This document shows, piece by piece, positions 9,895 through 21,455 of a stretch of DNA of 38,854 nt. Source of the DNA: Craspedostauros australis (lineage: Eukaryota); the NCBI GenBank assembly GCA_030167865.1, contig JALAGF010004722.1, positions 1-38,854 of the forward strand, in the 5' to 3' direction. How positions within the stretch are numbered: the stretch's first letter is position 1; every line of letters begins with the position of its first letter. The position numbers were made by a program, and so were the translations under genes. The notes under the pieces were generated by a model. The model searched no databases, was not told where the DNA came from, and worked only from the letters and a program-made list of their open reading frames with translations.

Positions 9895-10639
9895 ATTGAG
9901 CAAGATAGTTGCCACCAATGCGAACCTCAACCCAAAGAACGAGGGCAGGCAACACATTCATCTCTCATTTCTTCTCTTCTTCATCACGTCGCAACCCTGT
10001 GCGTGTGTGGAGTCCTGACTTGCTTCTGCCACACGGTGCTGTTTGCACCATCATCCATGTGCGAAACGAATGCTGCAACCAGAGCGACGAGCGAAGAAAC
10101 AGAAACTCCACGGAAACGAGAACCGCGAGAGGCTCCATACATAGCAACACATACGTGGCCAATTGAGGCTTCTCAGGATTTGTCCTCAGCACGATTGATG
10201 ACTTCTTCGAAGGCCAGCCTTGTTAATTGTAATTTGTCGTTGCGACACTGTTGAAAAAGACAATGCCGTTTCTGTTTCATCCATTCTTGTGAAAAGCAGA
10301 CACGTCTGCGTGATCTGCTGATTGCGGGGCTTGAACAATGCACAACATTCATGAACAGTTTCGAGCGAACGGAACAGTTCGGAGAGAGAAGGCGCTTTGG
10401 TCCGAGTTGTTGTACTTGAGCTTGAACTTAGTCGCACGAAACGAGACCCAAGAGTCAATCAAACAGAGGAAATCCGGAAGGCACGGAACTTGCCATACTT
10501 GCCCTCACGATTACGGACACGCACCACACGCAAAGTGTTTCGATTCGAATTTGTGGACAACTTCTCTCCACCACAAAAACAAAACAGGGCAATGCCAACC
10601 ACACACAACACAGAGACAGAGAGAGAGACTTCACCTTCC

Positions 10640-10663
10640 TGCACATGCACATGCACATGCACA
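10640..10663. repeat. (TGCACA)4 microsatellite
   Basis: Directly visible; a second array lies at 37202-37223. Confidence 0.85.
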
Positions 10664-11211
10664 CACCTCCACACCCCAAGACACACAACTTCCCAGAGTC
10701 GAAGACAGCACCGACCATACCAAACATTCAATACATCGTGTAATACCATACAAGTACATCTGCTTGATCAGACCATTTGAAGAGCAGGAGAGCGCAAGAG
10801 TAATCCCATTGTAAGGCAAAGTCGGAGTCCAGGAGCGCGAGGGCATCTCAGCGGAATCAAGTGAAGAGCAACATCAACCACAGAGCAGGAGCATTGCAAA
10901 GCAAAGGCGATCATCATTGTCACCAACAGAAGTGACAACCATTGACGACATTCGCAGAGTCGATCTTTCTCCATCACCAGTTTCCATCAAGGAAATTGCA
11001 TCGAAAAGCAAACCGTAATCAGACACCTTCTGGCGACCATCAGACATCGCCAAGCAGTATTCATCAGGCCCAAAGCAAGCCACGATCAACCAACAGGAGC
11101 GTACCATACGACCTGCGCAGCACCGTCCAGCGGGAGACATCCGAAACAAGGAACCAGTCAGCACATTCCTCCACAGCATCCCTATCGACCCAGACAGCAA
11201 AGACGTCCACA

Positions 11212-11775
11212 ATGGCTTGGACACAAACGCAACAGCAGAAGCACCTTCAACAGCAGCAACAACAGAATCACAGCGACCCAATGACGACACAGCGACAAGC
11301 AGCCCATCTGTCCAACGACAACGCCAGCGCAATGGAGCCTCTCGCCTTCGAACGCGATACTCGCACTGCATCGTCTCTGGATCAGTACTTTGCCAACCTG
11401 CAAGACTGCTGTCCACCCGCAGCACCGCTCGTGCTGGTGTCCGACCCGGCACGATCGCCACCATCCTTGCTGCGCAAGGTGCCACCGGGACACAGCGACT
11501 CGAGTCTGTTGCGCAAGTCCGCCGATGAACCATTCGATCGCTGGAGCGCCCAGTTGCTGCAAGAGCGATCGTCGCGCAGACCCGTGCCCGCAGCATCACG
11601 CCGCCAGCAACTGCGACGATACAACTCGATGGATGCCAAATCGGATGTGGCACCGTCGCTGCCGCAGTCCAAGCCGAGTCCCTACGTGCAACGCGCAGCT
11701 CTGCCGTCCATGCTATCGCAGTTGCCGTACAGCGCGCAGCATCTGCCGTTGCTGTTCCAAGACACGTTGCTGTGA
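11212..11775 (+). CDS. Hypothetical low-complexity protein (187 aa), SSLDQYFA / LVSDPA / FDRW motif family
   Basis: First ATG of ORF 10942..11775 is at 11212. Codons are GC3-rich, the N-terminus is Gln-rich, and motifs are shared with ORF 32957..33925. Confidence 0.7.
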   Translation: MAWTQTQQQKHLQQQQQQNHSDPMTTQRQAAHLSNDNASAMEPLAFERDTRTASSLDQYFANLQDCCPPAAPLVLVSDPARSPPSLLRKVPPGHSDSSLLRKSADEPFDRWSAQLLQERSSRRPVPAASRRQQLRRYNSMDAKSDVAPSLPQSKPSPYVQRAALPSMLSQLPYSAQHLPLLFQDTLL

Positions 11776-12324
11776 CTCATTTTACACAAAACCAATTTTA
11801 AGACGCACATTTTTCCTCAACCAACCAACTATCTCTTTCCCTCTTCCTTTCAAGATAGTAGTGTGTAGTGGATGTCCGAGGGTGATGTGGAGTAGTCTCA
11901 ACTCAAGAGAGAGAGAGGGAGAGTAGTGCCAACTCCAAAGAGCAGGCGTCTGGACATGACGTGGTGGACACCTCGATGCCCCATGCCTACACTTATTCAT
12001 TCGTAGATAGACTCAACCAAGTCGAATTCCACGATCAATCTTCATGATTCAAAATGTGCGGCACGACTACGACTTCGCAATTTTGGCGGCATGTCACTTG
12101 TGGACGAGCCTTCTCATCGCGAGTGGATGGTCGTGATACTGCAGTGGGGCACATTGGCCCGTTGGTGTGTGTAACTCCGATGCTATTCTACACTCCGGAG
12201 AAAGGTATTTGGCGAGATCGCGGTTCTCGATGACTGCGAGCACAGGAGAGACATAGTATTCGTAGTCTGCTAGAATGTGTGTTGTTGGTGCTATTGTCTA
12301 CCCGACATGCATGAGATATAAGTG

Positions 12325-12360
12325 TACTCGTGTGAACTACTCATGTGAACTACTCGTGTT
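12325..12360. repeat. 13-bp tandem repeat TACTC(G/A)TGTGAAC x ~3
   Basis: Directly visible, just downstream of the 12431 gene end. Confidence 0.75.
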
Positions 12361-12430
12361 ATGACTTGATACGCAATGTTCTACTCTATGATTGTATGTG
12401 GTTGTATGGTGCTCTGGTAGAATTGCGCTC

Positions 12431-13234
12431 CTACTGTGTCGTGACGCCCGGTTCTGCCGTGTTGTTGTCGTACAGCAGATCCAAGACATCGTCCAAGATC
12501 GACAATGGGTCCATGTCCATGGAATCGATGGAAGACTCGGTCTTGCTGTGCGTGCTCGGATTGCACAGGGTGGTATCGCGCTTGATGGGAGCCGCGCTTC
12601 GGCTGGCCGCCAGAGTGGCAAACACGTCGGTCAAAGTGAGACTCGATGTGCGTTGTGGCGCGGTGAAGGCGGCCTTGCTTGTCGCTGTGCTGTTGACTTT
12701 GTTCTGCGCTTGATCCCACGTCGCGTTGCGCTTGCTCCACTTGCGCAGCGGAATGCAGGGTGGCATGTCCTTCGTCTGCGTCGACGACGCCAACGAGATG
12801 GCGGAGGCTGGCAGCGGCAGCGAGGGCATGGAAACGGACTTTGCGCGTTGCTTGTCGTCGGACAGGGGGCTCCTGCGTGGCAGCTGCGGCGAGACGTCGG
12901 GCATCTGCGGGCAGTCGAATCGCGCTCGGCTGTTGCGCTGCGGGCATTTGGGAATGGAGTCTCTGCGATTGAAGGTTGTTGCTGCGGGCGTCAGGGGCTT
13001 GCTGTTGTTGTTGCAGCTGCGAACGTCGTCGTTGACGTCGTCGTCGTCGAAGATGGGGATGGGGCAGGCCTCGATGTGGGCCAGCGCCGACACGGACCGT
13101 CCCAAGGGAGACAGTTCGAGGGACATGTCGGAGGCTGCGTCGGTTGCGGACGAGGTGCTGTTGCTCTGCTGGTCCATCGTGATGATGATCTCCAAGCATG
13201 GAGGTGCGTGTGGGGTGGATGTGTGTCGGTGCAT
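12431..13234 (-). CDS. Hypothetical low-complexity protein with repeated PxxPxRxxS motifs
   Basis: Long GC3-rich ORF with ATG at 13234 (alternatively 13177). Motifs: IPKCPQRNS, SPQLPRRS, DMPPCIPLRKWS, LDDVLDLL. Confidence 0.7.
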   Translation of the reverse strand: MHRHTSTPHAPPCLEIIITMDQQSNSTSSATDAASDMSLELSPLGRSVSALAHIEACPIPIFDDDDVNDDVRSCNNNSKPLTPAATTFNRRDSIPKCPQRNSRARFDCPQMPDVSPQLPRRSPLSDDKQRAKSVSMPSLPLPASAISLASSTQTKDMPPCIPLRKWSKRNATWDQAQNKVNSTATSKAAFTAPQRTSSLTLTDVFATLAASRSAAPIKRDTTLCNPSTHSKTESSIDSMDMDPLSILDDVLDLLYDNNTAEPGVTTQ

Positions 13235-16200
13235 GGCTGCTGTTGTGGTTGTGGTGGCTGACACGGTGTGTTGTGACTGATGCTGTTGGTTGCTGGTGTT
13301 GCTTGATTTATGAGGCGATTGGACAGTTGATGAGTTGAGGGATTGTGCGATTGTGCGATCGTGATGTCAACAACTGTTTCTGGAAACGGACGCTTGCACA
13401 CACTCAGAGTGAGAGAGACTGAGTAAGGGTTGGATCTGCGCTTGCAAGACAACAGCAGGCCACTTTGTCTGCGTTGGTCTCTCCCTCTCTCTCACTGTCT
13501 CTCTGCGGGGTTCCATCACACCAACTCACAACTCTCTCGATGTCGTGGTTGGCGTTTTTGTCGTTGGCGGTTCTGTGGTGGTGATGTTTGTTCGGTTTTT
13601 CGTCCGATCTTTGCGCCTCTCTGTCACACACAAGCGACTTCGCGCAGTAGCGCTGACTTGACATATGCCCAAAGTACAAAAAGAACAATACCGTGGATTG
13701 GTTGGTGTATGCAAACACGGTCGGTACGGACACATCTCATGACGGTTGCGCAAATACTGCACCATGTAACACCATGTGCTAAACGTACAAACAACAACGC
13801 GCAATCACCACTGGAAATGACTGGCGTCGGTACCGCCCTTCGCACAATCGTCCTGTTCACGGCACATCATCGAGACAAATCGGGACTACATCATTGTACC
13901 GAATCCCTTGTGAGCCAGGATGGAATGGTTCTTCGTATCCGCAATACCTGCTTCTACTTAACGGAATGATATCGGAGAACCCACGTTTTGACAGGAAAGG
14001 ATTTGTCAACACGCATAGGCGTAGGTCGACCTTGTTTACCTGTCCGGATTGCGATGCCTGTGCGTCCAACACTTAACTTGCCATGGTTCTGGCAGACTGG
14101 GTGGGCTTGCTCACATGTGCTCCCGTGGAGCCGGTGCAATTGCACCACTTTTCCTCCCTCTCTTCCTCGTACTTTGCTTCTCTTCTTGTTTCTCTTCATA
14201 GTTTTTGTTTCTCTCGTTGTGTTTCTTGACATTCAAAACCAAGACGTCGCAACTCCTCTACCTTCCTCCACTGCCCTGTCTATCCGTGCTCGCGGCAGAG
14301 AGAGCCAAAAGAGAGAAAGGAAGAGAACTGTGCGATGGGACAGGTACCACTCTCATCATTGGCCATTGACTCTCTTGGGCGACAAATCTTCCCGTGCATC
14401 AAATGCAGTAGATAGATCGTAATACGACGCAGAGAGCCGTTGGCGATTCCGTACTCTGCAACTCGTCGCCTTCTTCACGAACCACACCATACAAAGCAGC
14501 CATCTACTCTTCGGTTTGATTCCTTGTCGTTTGTCACGACAACGATTCAAATAAATCTGCATTTCATCAAGATACACAATCTTTGTCAGCGACGACATGC
14601 GAGACCAACTCAATCGATTTCCTCATGCTTCATGGCATCGTGTTCCATTTCAAGCAGAGGAGGAGATTTTGGATGATAGCGACCTTTGGGATTGGTACGT
14701 CCGTCCAAGCTTCGTTGCGTGGCGAGAAGAAGGCAGGAATGATGAAACTGCGCCGCATTCTTGTCTGTGCGAAGCTTGGGGATCAATGGACAAGGAACAC
14801 GGGACGCGTCAATTGGATGACGAGGTTGCGAAGCTGTGAATGGTACCAGCAGAGTATTTGTCAGTTCTGCTCTTGCCTGTTACTTGACACTTGGTGAAGA
14901 TGTGGATTGTGTCAAAGAACTCTTGCCTGAGTGTCAATTGCGCTCAAAACCGTCACGGTGTCGTTTCTCACGACAGCTGATGTCCCCGTCGCACCAATTG
15001 ATACTTCCCTTTCTCTACTTTGTGACAACCGTTTTCACATCGACGAAGATCCATGTACGTATGTGCGATGGTGGTGGTGGCTCTCCGGGAAATGATAAGG
15101 GGAAGGAGAACACGTTACCGCCGTGCGCGAAGGTACCACCATGGCGCGGTTTGTCGCAAGGGGACGGAAGCAATCCACCGAACGCCGTCGACCACGATCT
15201 CTCTCTGTGTCATCCACTACGGTCCAACTCAGTAGAGAAGGAGGCATCCCGATCAACGAGAGGCAGCCACGCAATCAGACAAAACACGTCAAGGCAGAGC
15301 ATCTCGCGAAGCAGATGCAAGAGATTCATCGGATGCAGGAATGGACAATCGCAACCGTCAACAGGACTACCACCTCAGGTGACTGACGCAGCCACGAGAT
15401 CTGTGCAGCCACCTATCATGATGTGCTGCCCGTGTCGAGATTCACTCCGGAGTGAAAGCAAGATGGATGCCTCGTGATTGGTCCCGAGAATGCAAAGCCC
15501 AAACCGCAACCGGCTACGCAGGCGACAAAGAACAATACATACGAGTCGAGTATTTGTATCTGCGCTATTACTATGCAATTGCACCTCGCCTTTGCCAACA
15601 CCAACGTTGAAACCTTCCTGTTCGATCTACACTCTGGCTCGTGTCATGATACACGCTCCCTGATTTCCGTGCTACCGTGCTGCTCCAGTCACAAGGATCA
15701 CCTCATCAACTCCCATGGATACGATGGTGAATCACGGAGGAGTATCAACCCATTTCGAAAGGAAGCGTCAACACGAACCTGGACATCCTGGGACCAAGAT
15801 CATGGCGCGCAAGAAGTCCTGCACCCTTCTTCGTTACAGGCGCCTCCTCGCATTCTGCAGAGCCTCATCAAGACCATCCCAGTGCCATTGAGCTGCATAA
15901 ATTAGGAAACGCGACACTTGGTTCGCAGAGCCCACAGATACATACACCAAAGGAGATCTTGCATCGCGATTGTGCACCAAAACAATCAGCCACGGTACCA
16001 ACAGGAACGACACAATGTGCAGGCGAAGAAATGGCAATGGATCGCGTCGGTCCGGTATCGAGACAAGCCCTCGAGATCGATGATCTCTGGGCATCGATGG
16101 CGCGCACATCGATCACCTCTCAGGTGCCGGCCACTCCTGCGTAGTCGTGCACACCAACGGCGGCGGTTGCGTCACAGCAACACGCAACCAAAATGAAAGG

Positions 16201-16827
16201 AAGGCTCTGGTTGGATCCTCCGTCAACCGAACTGGTTCCGAAGCCGCTGCCAACCGCGTCCTCGTCCGCTTTCCTGCGGCAACCGGATGCATCCAAGAGA
16301 AGGCGAGTATCTTCATCCGTCGTGTCCGCGTTTGTGGTGTGGATCAAAACATGCAAGTAGCATGATGTAGTGAAGGTAGATGTTTCCAACAGTCCACAAA
16401 CCGAGTATAGAGCCAGTTCCACCATGACCGGTAAATGACAGTTATTATTGCATTGTTGTGTGGTCACGAAGGATGAACCAATTCAAACTCAACGGCTCGT
16501 TTGGTGCACCTTGGTGGCAAAAATGAGAAGAACAGGCATCGTGATGGCCGACTGCATGTGATGTGAGAAGAGACAAAGCATTGACAACAACACCAACAAC
16601 AACACCAACCAAGGCAATACACCAGACATCGCAACTCAGCCCAACCTGACTAACAATCAACAAGAGAGACAACTCGGCTTTTGTGGCAATCATTGGGACT
16701 GCTGAGATCGCGGATTATACCAATACAATACAAACGTGGATATAGTGCGCTGCAACCGATCGAGGCACAACCAAGTGTCATTGTGAGAGAGCCCGCTCGG
16801 TCGCCACGGCGCAGCATGCGATAGAGG

Positions 16828-17952
16828 ATGCCAGAGAGTCCGTCAACAACGAATACATCCGACACCGCTCCACAACAACCAAGAAACAAAATGTGGCATT
16901 CCGTCATGTTCCGAACGACGGTCACGTTGGTGGTCTTCGTGTCCGTCTATGCTGGGCTGGCCTCGTCCATCATGGAGACCGACGGCGTTCAAACGACAGG
17001 CGCCGCATTGCAGTCGGACCAGCAGCATTTCGTCGCATCTGATGGCGGTGATGCGGATCTCGTTGAGGCGGATGTAGGTGATTTGCGGAATACATCCGAT
17101 GTGTTGGATGGTGAACAGGGAGATGAAGAAGACGACGATGAAGATGACGAAGACGACGATGACGAAGAGGATGATGATGATGAAGACGACGATGATGATG
17201 ATGACGAAGACGATGATGATGATGATGACAACGAGGATGATGATGAAAACAATAGAGAAGAATTAGATGGCGAGGAGAATACACAAGAGAATACACAAGA
17301 GGAAACAGAAGAAAAAGAACAAGAAGAGGAGAAATGGAAGGAGATCGGAGAAGACAACGGCACGCGGCAGGACTTCATGCACCACTTCGGCTGCATGGAA
17401 CACGTGCCATTCCCACAACCTGTGACACGCATCCATGACGAGGGCACCTACACCTTCCTGCGCGGCGCCTACACGAGCATCGTGGGGCCGGACGCATCCA
17501 ACATCCCTGCGAACCCCTTCGAGTCGGCCTTCCACGTCCCATACTACGTCGCGTACTACCCCACGATGGGTCGCGGCATCTTCACCAAACAGAACATCCC
17601 CAACAACACCGTCGTCTGGGACGACCGCGCCGCCGCCCGCTTCACGACGGCCCAACAATACCGCAAATTGCTCCTCAGCGTCCCGCGGCATCTGGCCTGC
17701 GATCTGCTCGTGTGGTGCTACGCCATGAAGGCGCCCGACAGCGAGTACGGCGCCGAATTGTTCTGCGATCTCGATGACGGGTCGTTGCTCAATACGGCGT
17801 CGTTTCCGGCCCACGTCAATGTGCAGGAACGTCCCGGTCCCAATGGGCGTCGCCAATTCTACACGACGCGTGAGATTCGGATCGGCGAGCAGCTGTTGTG
17901 CGATTACGGCGACTTTGATTACGAAGCCGGATGGCCCAAGATGGGCATGTGA
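16828..17952 (+). CDS. Membrane-anchored SET-domain protein with an Asp/Glu-rich linker (374 aa)
   Basis: N-terminal hydrophobic segment VTLVVFVSVYAGLAS, then a long D/E tract. SET motifs: GRGIFTKQNIPNNTVVW, LLNTAS (position of NHS) and FYTTREIRIGEQLLCDY. Confidence 0.85.
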   Translation: MPESPSTTNTSDTAPQQPRNKMWHSVMFRTTVTLVVFVSVYAGLASSIMETDGVQTTGAALQSDQQHFVASDGGDADLVEADVGDLRNTSDVLDGEQGDEEDDDEDDEDDDDEEDDDDEDDDDDDDEDDDDDDDNEDDDENNREELDGEENTQENTQEETEEKEQEEEKWKEIGEDNGTRQDFMHHFGCMEHVPFPQPVTRIHDEGTYTFLRGAYTSIVGPDASNIPANPFESAFHVPYYVAYYPTMGRGIFTKQNIPNNTVVWDDRAAARFTTAQQYRKLLLSVPRHLACDLLVWCYAMKAPDSEYGAELFCDLDDGSLLNTASFPAHVNVQERPGPNGRRQFYTTREIRIGEQLLCDYGDFDYEAGWPKMGM

Positions 17953-17960
17953 GTGTGTTT

Positions 17961-17987
17961 GGATGGATGGATGGATGGATGGATGGA
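17961..17987. repeat. (GGAT)6+ microsatellite in the 3' flank of the SET gene
   Basis: Directly visible. Confidence 0.9.
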
Positions 17988-18161
17988 CAATGACGATGCG
18001 TGCATGGATGTATACGTGGAGCACGCAACTCAATCTACTCTGATAATAGGATATCTGTCTGAGTGAAATCAATGAGAGGTCTTCTCTACGTACAATTACG
18101 ACTATGCAACGCTCCGCGATGTGATTCTGCATATTATACCTACGCCACTCAACCGAACCTA

Positions 18162-18482
18162 TCATGGCAACAGATCATGTTCCTGCAAGGCGTCTTCCCA
18201 CAGTACTGCCTTATTCTTGGCAAAGTACCGCTTCAGCAACTCGATCAACGCCGCCTCGTCCTCGATCTCCTTGTTCTTCACCACGTGCAGCAACATGTCC
18301 GCAGGCATCAACGTCGTGCGATTGGCACACTTGCAACAACCGTATACATCGTACGAGATACGAATCAGTTGCATCCGCTTGTCAGCAATGCGGAAGTCGG
18401 CATAGACGGCGCCGTCATTGAGCGCAAATGATACATCGCATGGACGCGTCTTGCATTTGGATGCGATGTTGATGGTCGTCAT
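18162..18482 (-). CDS. Small hypothetical globular protein (106 aa)
   Basis: ATG at 18482 is preceded by an A-rich context. The sequence MTTINIASKCKTRPCDVSFALNDGAVYADFRIADKRMQLIRISYDVYGCC...LWEDALQEHDLLP has ordered, non-repetitive composition. No intron. Confidence 0.7.
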   Translation of the reverse strand: MTTINIASKCKTRPCDVSFALNDGAVYADFRIADKRMQLIRISYDVYGCCKCANRTTLMPADMLLHVVKNKEIEDEAALIELLKRYFAKNKAVLWEDALQEHDLLP

Positions 18483-18998
18483 GGTTTCTTGATTTGTGAG
18501 CACGACGATTCTGAGTCGTGGTCGTTGAAACGTGACAATCCCGGTTTGGAAGATTTGTACGTCTGTCCGATCCATTGGGTGTGTGCAAACTTCGTCTGTC
18601 CCAATTCAACATCCACTTGTTTGCACGGACGCAGTACAGACGCTGTCGCTGTTGGTGAAGAGAGAGAGAGATCCACCATGACACAACATGATGTGCGGGC
18701 CATCAGGAACAGCTGAGCAAGAAAGCAACCACACAGAATCGCAAAAACAGGCAGCTGATTGACAGACACAGACCAAGAAAGACAGTCCATCACATCCAAC
18801 TTGGTTGTTTAGCTTGCCTTGTGAGTCAGGAGAGCAAACGTACCATCGCAAGATCAACAAGACGCGGGCGCTGCCGTTGCATCCATCCATCAAGTCAATC
18901 ATCAATTCAACGCTTTCAACCACAGCCAATCGCAGTCACAACCACAGTCACAATCTCGTTGTGCCAAGAAACCAGCGAGAAAGCAGAAAACGCCAATA

Positions 18999-20570
18999 AT
19001 GATGAAGCTCTGCAGGTTGCTCGCGGTGCTGTCCATGCTCCAAACATGCTGGGGATTCGGGGTCAACCCTGCCTTGTCGCAGAGGCAGATGCGAACAACA
19101 GCACCACCAACAACAGCAACAACATACCAGCAGCAGACATCGCCTCGCGTGCGCACGGAATTGAACAGCTTCATGGGGTCCGATGGAGGTATCTTGGGGG
19201 TTGGAACTCCGGAATTGGTGCGTGCAAGCATACGTATTCCATGTGCATTCTATCATACGTGTATTCATGCTGCTGGAGCAGTTAGGAGATGTTGCAGGTG
19301 CTTGCATTGCGATGAACCAGTGGATGATGGGCAATTCATTCGGTGATGGCTTCAATTGAAATTCTCGAAAAACTAAAGTCCTATTCTTGGATATGGAATC
19401 CTAGTTTGATGATGTGCACAATCAATCTGCAATCGCGAACATGTGGCAGCTTCCCCCCAATATTCACACCCTCTCCATCTGCTATGTCTCACACTCAAAC
19501 CACCATCCTCCCAATTCCAAACCACCAACGAAACATATTCGCAGTTCCTCATCCTGCTCGTGGGATACTTCGTGCTGGGTCCCTCCGACCTCTACAAACT
19601 CACAAAGGAGATTGGTAAGTTCGTCCAGAACTTCCGCACCTTCACGACCGAGGCCACGTCCACGATCGAGAACAACCTGGAATCCAACTTGCAGCTCGAG
19701 GAGATCCGCAAGGCGCAGCGCGATCTCAATGAAGCCTTCTCCTTCCGTCGTTCCATCAACGTCGATGAGACCAGCGAGGCCTTTGAGGTCAATGCGCAGA
19801 CGGAGCGTCTGGGTGAGACGGGGATCGACCCCGTGGCCAGTGTGGTGGCGCCGGCCACTGTCTCGGAAGCGGCGGCCACCGCGGCGGCCAGCGGCAAGAA
19901 GAAGAAGATCCGGCGTCGTCGCAAGAAGCAGCCGGAAGTCGACATCGCGGCAGCAACGGCGCAACAGCCAGTCACCACCGATATTCCGCAGGACTTGGAT
20001 ATGACCAAGTCATTCGAGGCACCAACTGGACCCGCCATGGACGAGATCACGCGCAAGGAACAGGAGGAGGATGCCAAGGCCATGGCCGATTTGGAACGTG
20101 CGCGCGCGGAATTGTTGGCGGAACGTGACACTTTGGAGTCCAAGCGTCAGGCCGCCAGCACCAACACCACATCACTGCGCGACGAGCGCATGGCGCGATT
20201 GAAGGGCGAGACCGCGGCGGCGCAACGCGAATTGGCGACGTCGGATGACTACGATCTCAGCATCGAAGAAAAGAATGCCGCCGCCAATCGTTTCCAGGCG
20301 CAGCTCAATGGATCCTGGAATGATCAGATCGTCGCCGACACCGAGGAACTGCAACCGTTGGCAGTCATCATGGACCAGCTGGCGCTGCTGGAAGAGGAGA
20401 AGATCGCGGCCGATGTGCGTCTCGAGGAAGAGTACAAAGTGCGTGCCGAGAATGAGGAGTCGTACTATCGCCAGAAACGCAGCCTGTTGGAGAAGGCGGC
20501 GCAGACCATCCAGACCGACTCGTATGCATCGAAGAACAGCAGCAACAACAACACGACGGCGGTCGTGTAG
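18999..20570 (+). CDS. tatB: Plastid-targeted Sec-independent translocase subunit TatB (Hcf106-like); exons 18999-19217 and 19545-20570; 414 aa
   Basis: Signal peptide ending CWG-F plus a transit-like S/T/R segment. Removing the GT..AG intron 19218-19544 (phase 0) gives ILGVGTPEL|FLILLVGYFVLGPSDLYKLTKEIGKFVQNFR, the TatA/TatB signature. The long tail favours TatB over TatA. Confidence 0.85.
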
Positions 20571-21455
20571 GCCGATGCAGGCATGGTAAGCATTGAAGGC
20601 ATTGAAAAGCAATGAAAGATTTAAGATAAACACCACAAGTTCTCCATCGACAATGTACTATCCCAGAACAATGTGCAGAATGGAATGGAGTCATAATATT
20701 CTCACTCCTGCAACCATACCAGCATGCCAGACCTCTTCTCCTTCGAAGGTTGCAGAGATCATGTCCTAATTGCATTGTCTCTGCCCAGCCGCTGCCGACA
20801 GATGCCCACTTGCACAACATGCCACTCCGACGATCACACCCGACGTAACGCAACGAGCAATGTAGCTAAATGAATAAATGGAGCCAACACTAGTAGGAGG
20901 TTAATCGATCATGATGTCGTCCATCATTGTTCCCATTGTGCAACCTTGACGAGATGCGCCTGTTCTTTGGTGCTTGGTGGTGAACGTGCTATCCTTCCCT
21001 CCCCTTCCCTGCTGCGACACCGAGGTGTTCCTTTCTTTCCCATGGTGGAACCCAACCGAGGTACTCAACGACTACCTCCTGCACTTGCGCGTGCTCGCTG
21101 TGCCACGCCATCCGAGACAACCAGTACTCCATCGCGTATCTTGTCCCATGCCGTTCCACCACAACCAAATCAAGCCAAACAAAGCCCAAATGATGCGTTT
21201 CCTTCCATCGATTCATCCCTGCCTTGACGATGTGTCGTCACATGCTCTAGCTCCTTTGTTCGTACTCTTGCAGTACGGTGATATTGTGCAGTGCCACAGC
21301 CTCGTTGTAGCGGCAACAGCCTTGCATCCCCAGATGTCTCTCGCAATCCCTTGGCAACGTTTCTGCCATCGCCACGAATAACTAACTATGTCGTGAACGA
21401 ATGGAAACTCGCGCATGATCGTATGGTACATCTCTTCCCCTTCTTCCCCGCCTAC

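Noticed and set aside
10640..10663. (TGCACA)n here and at 37202 as a shared regulatory element
   Set aside because: It is a simple alternating purine-pyrimidine microsatellite in a microsatellite-rich genome, and the flanks show no similarity.
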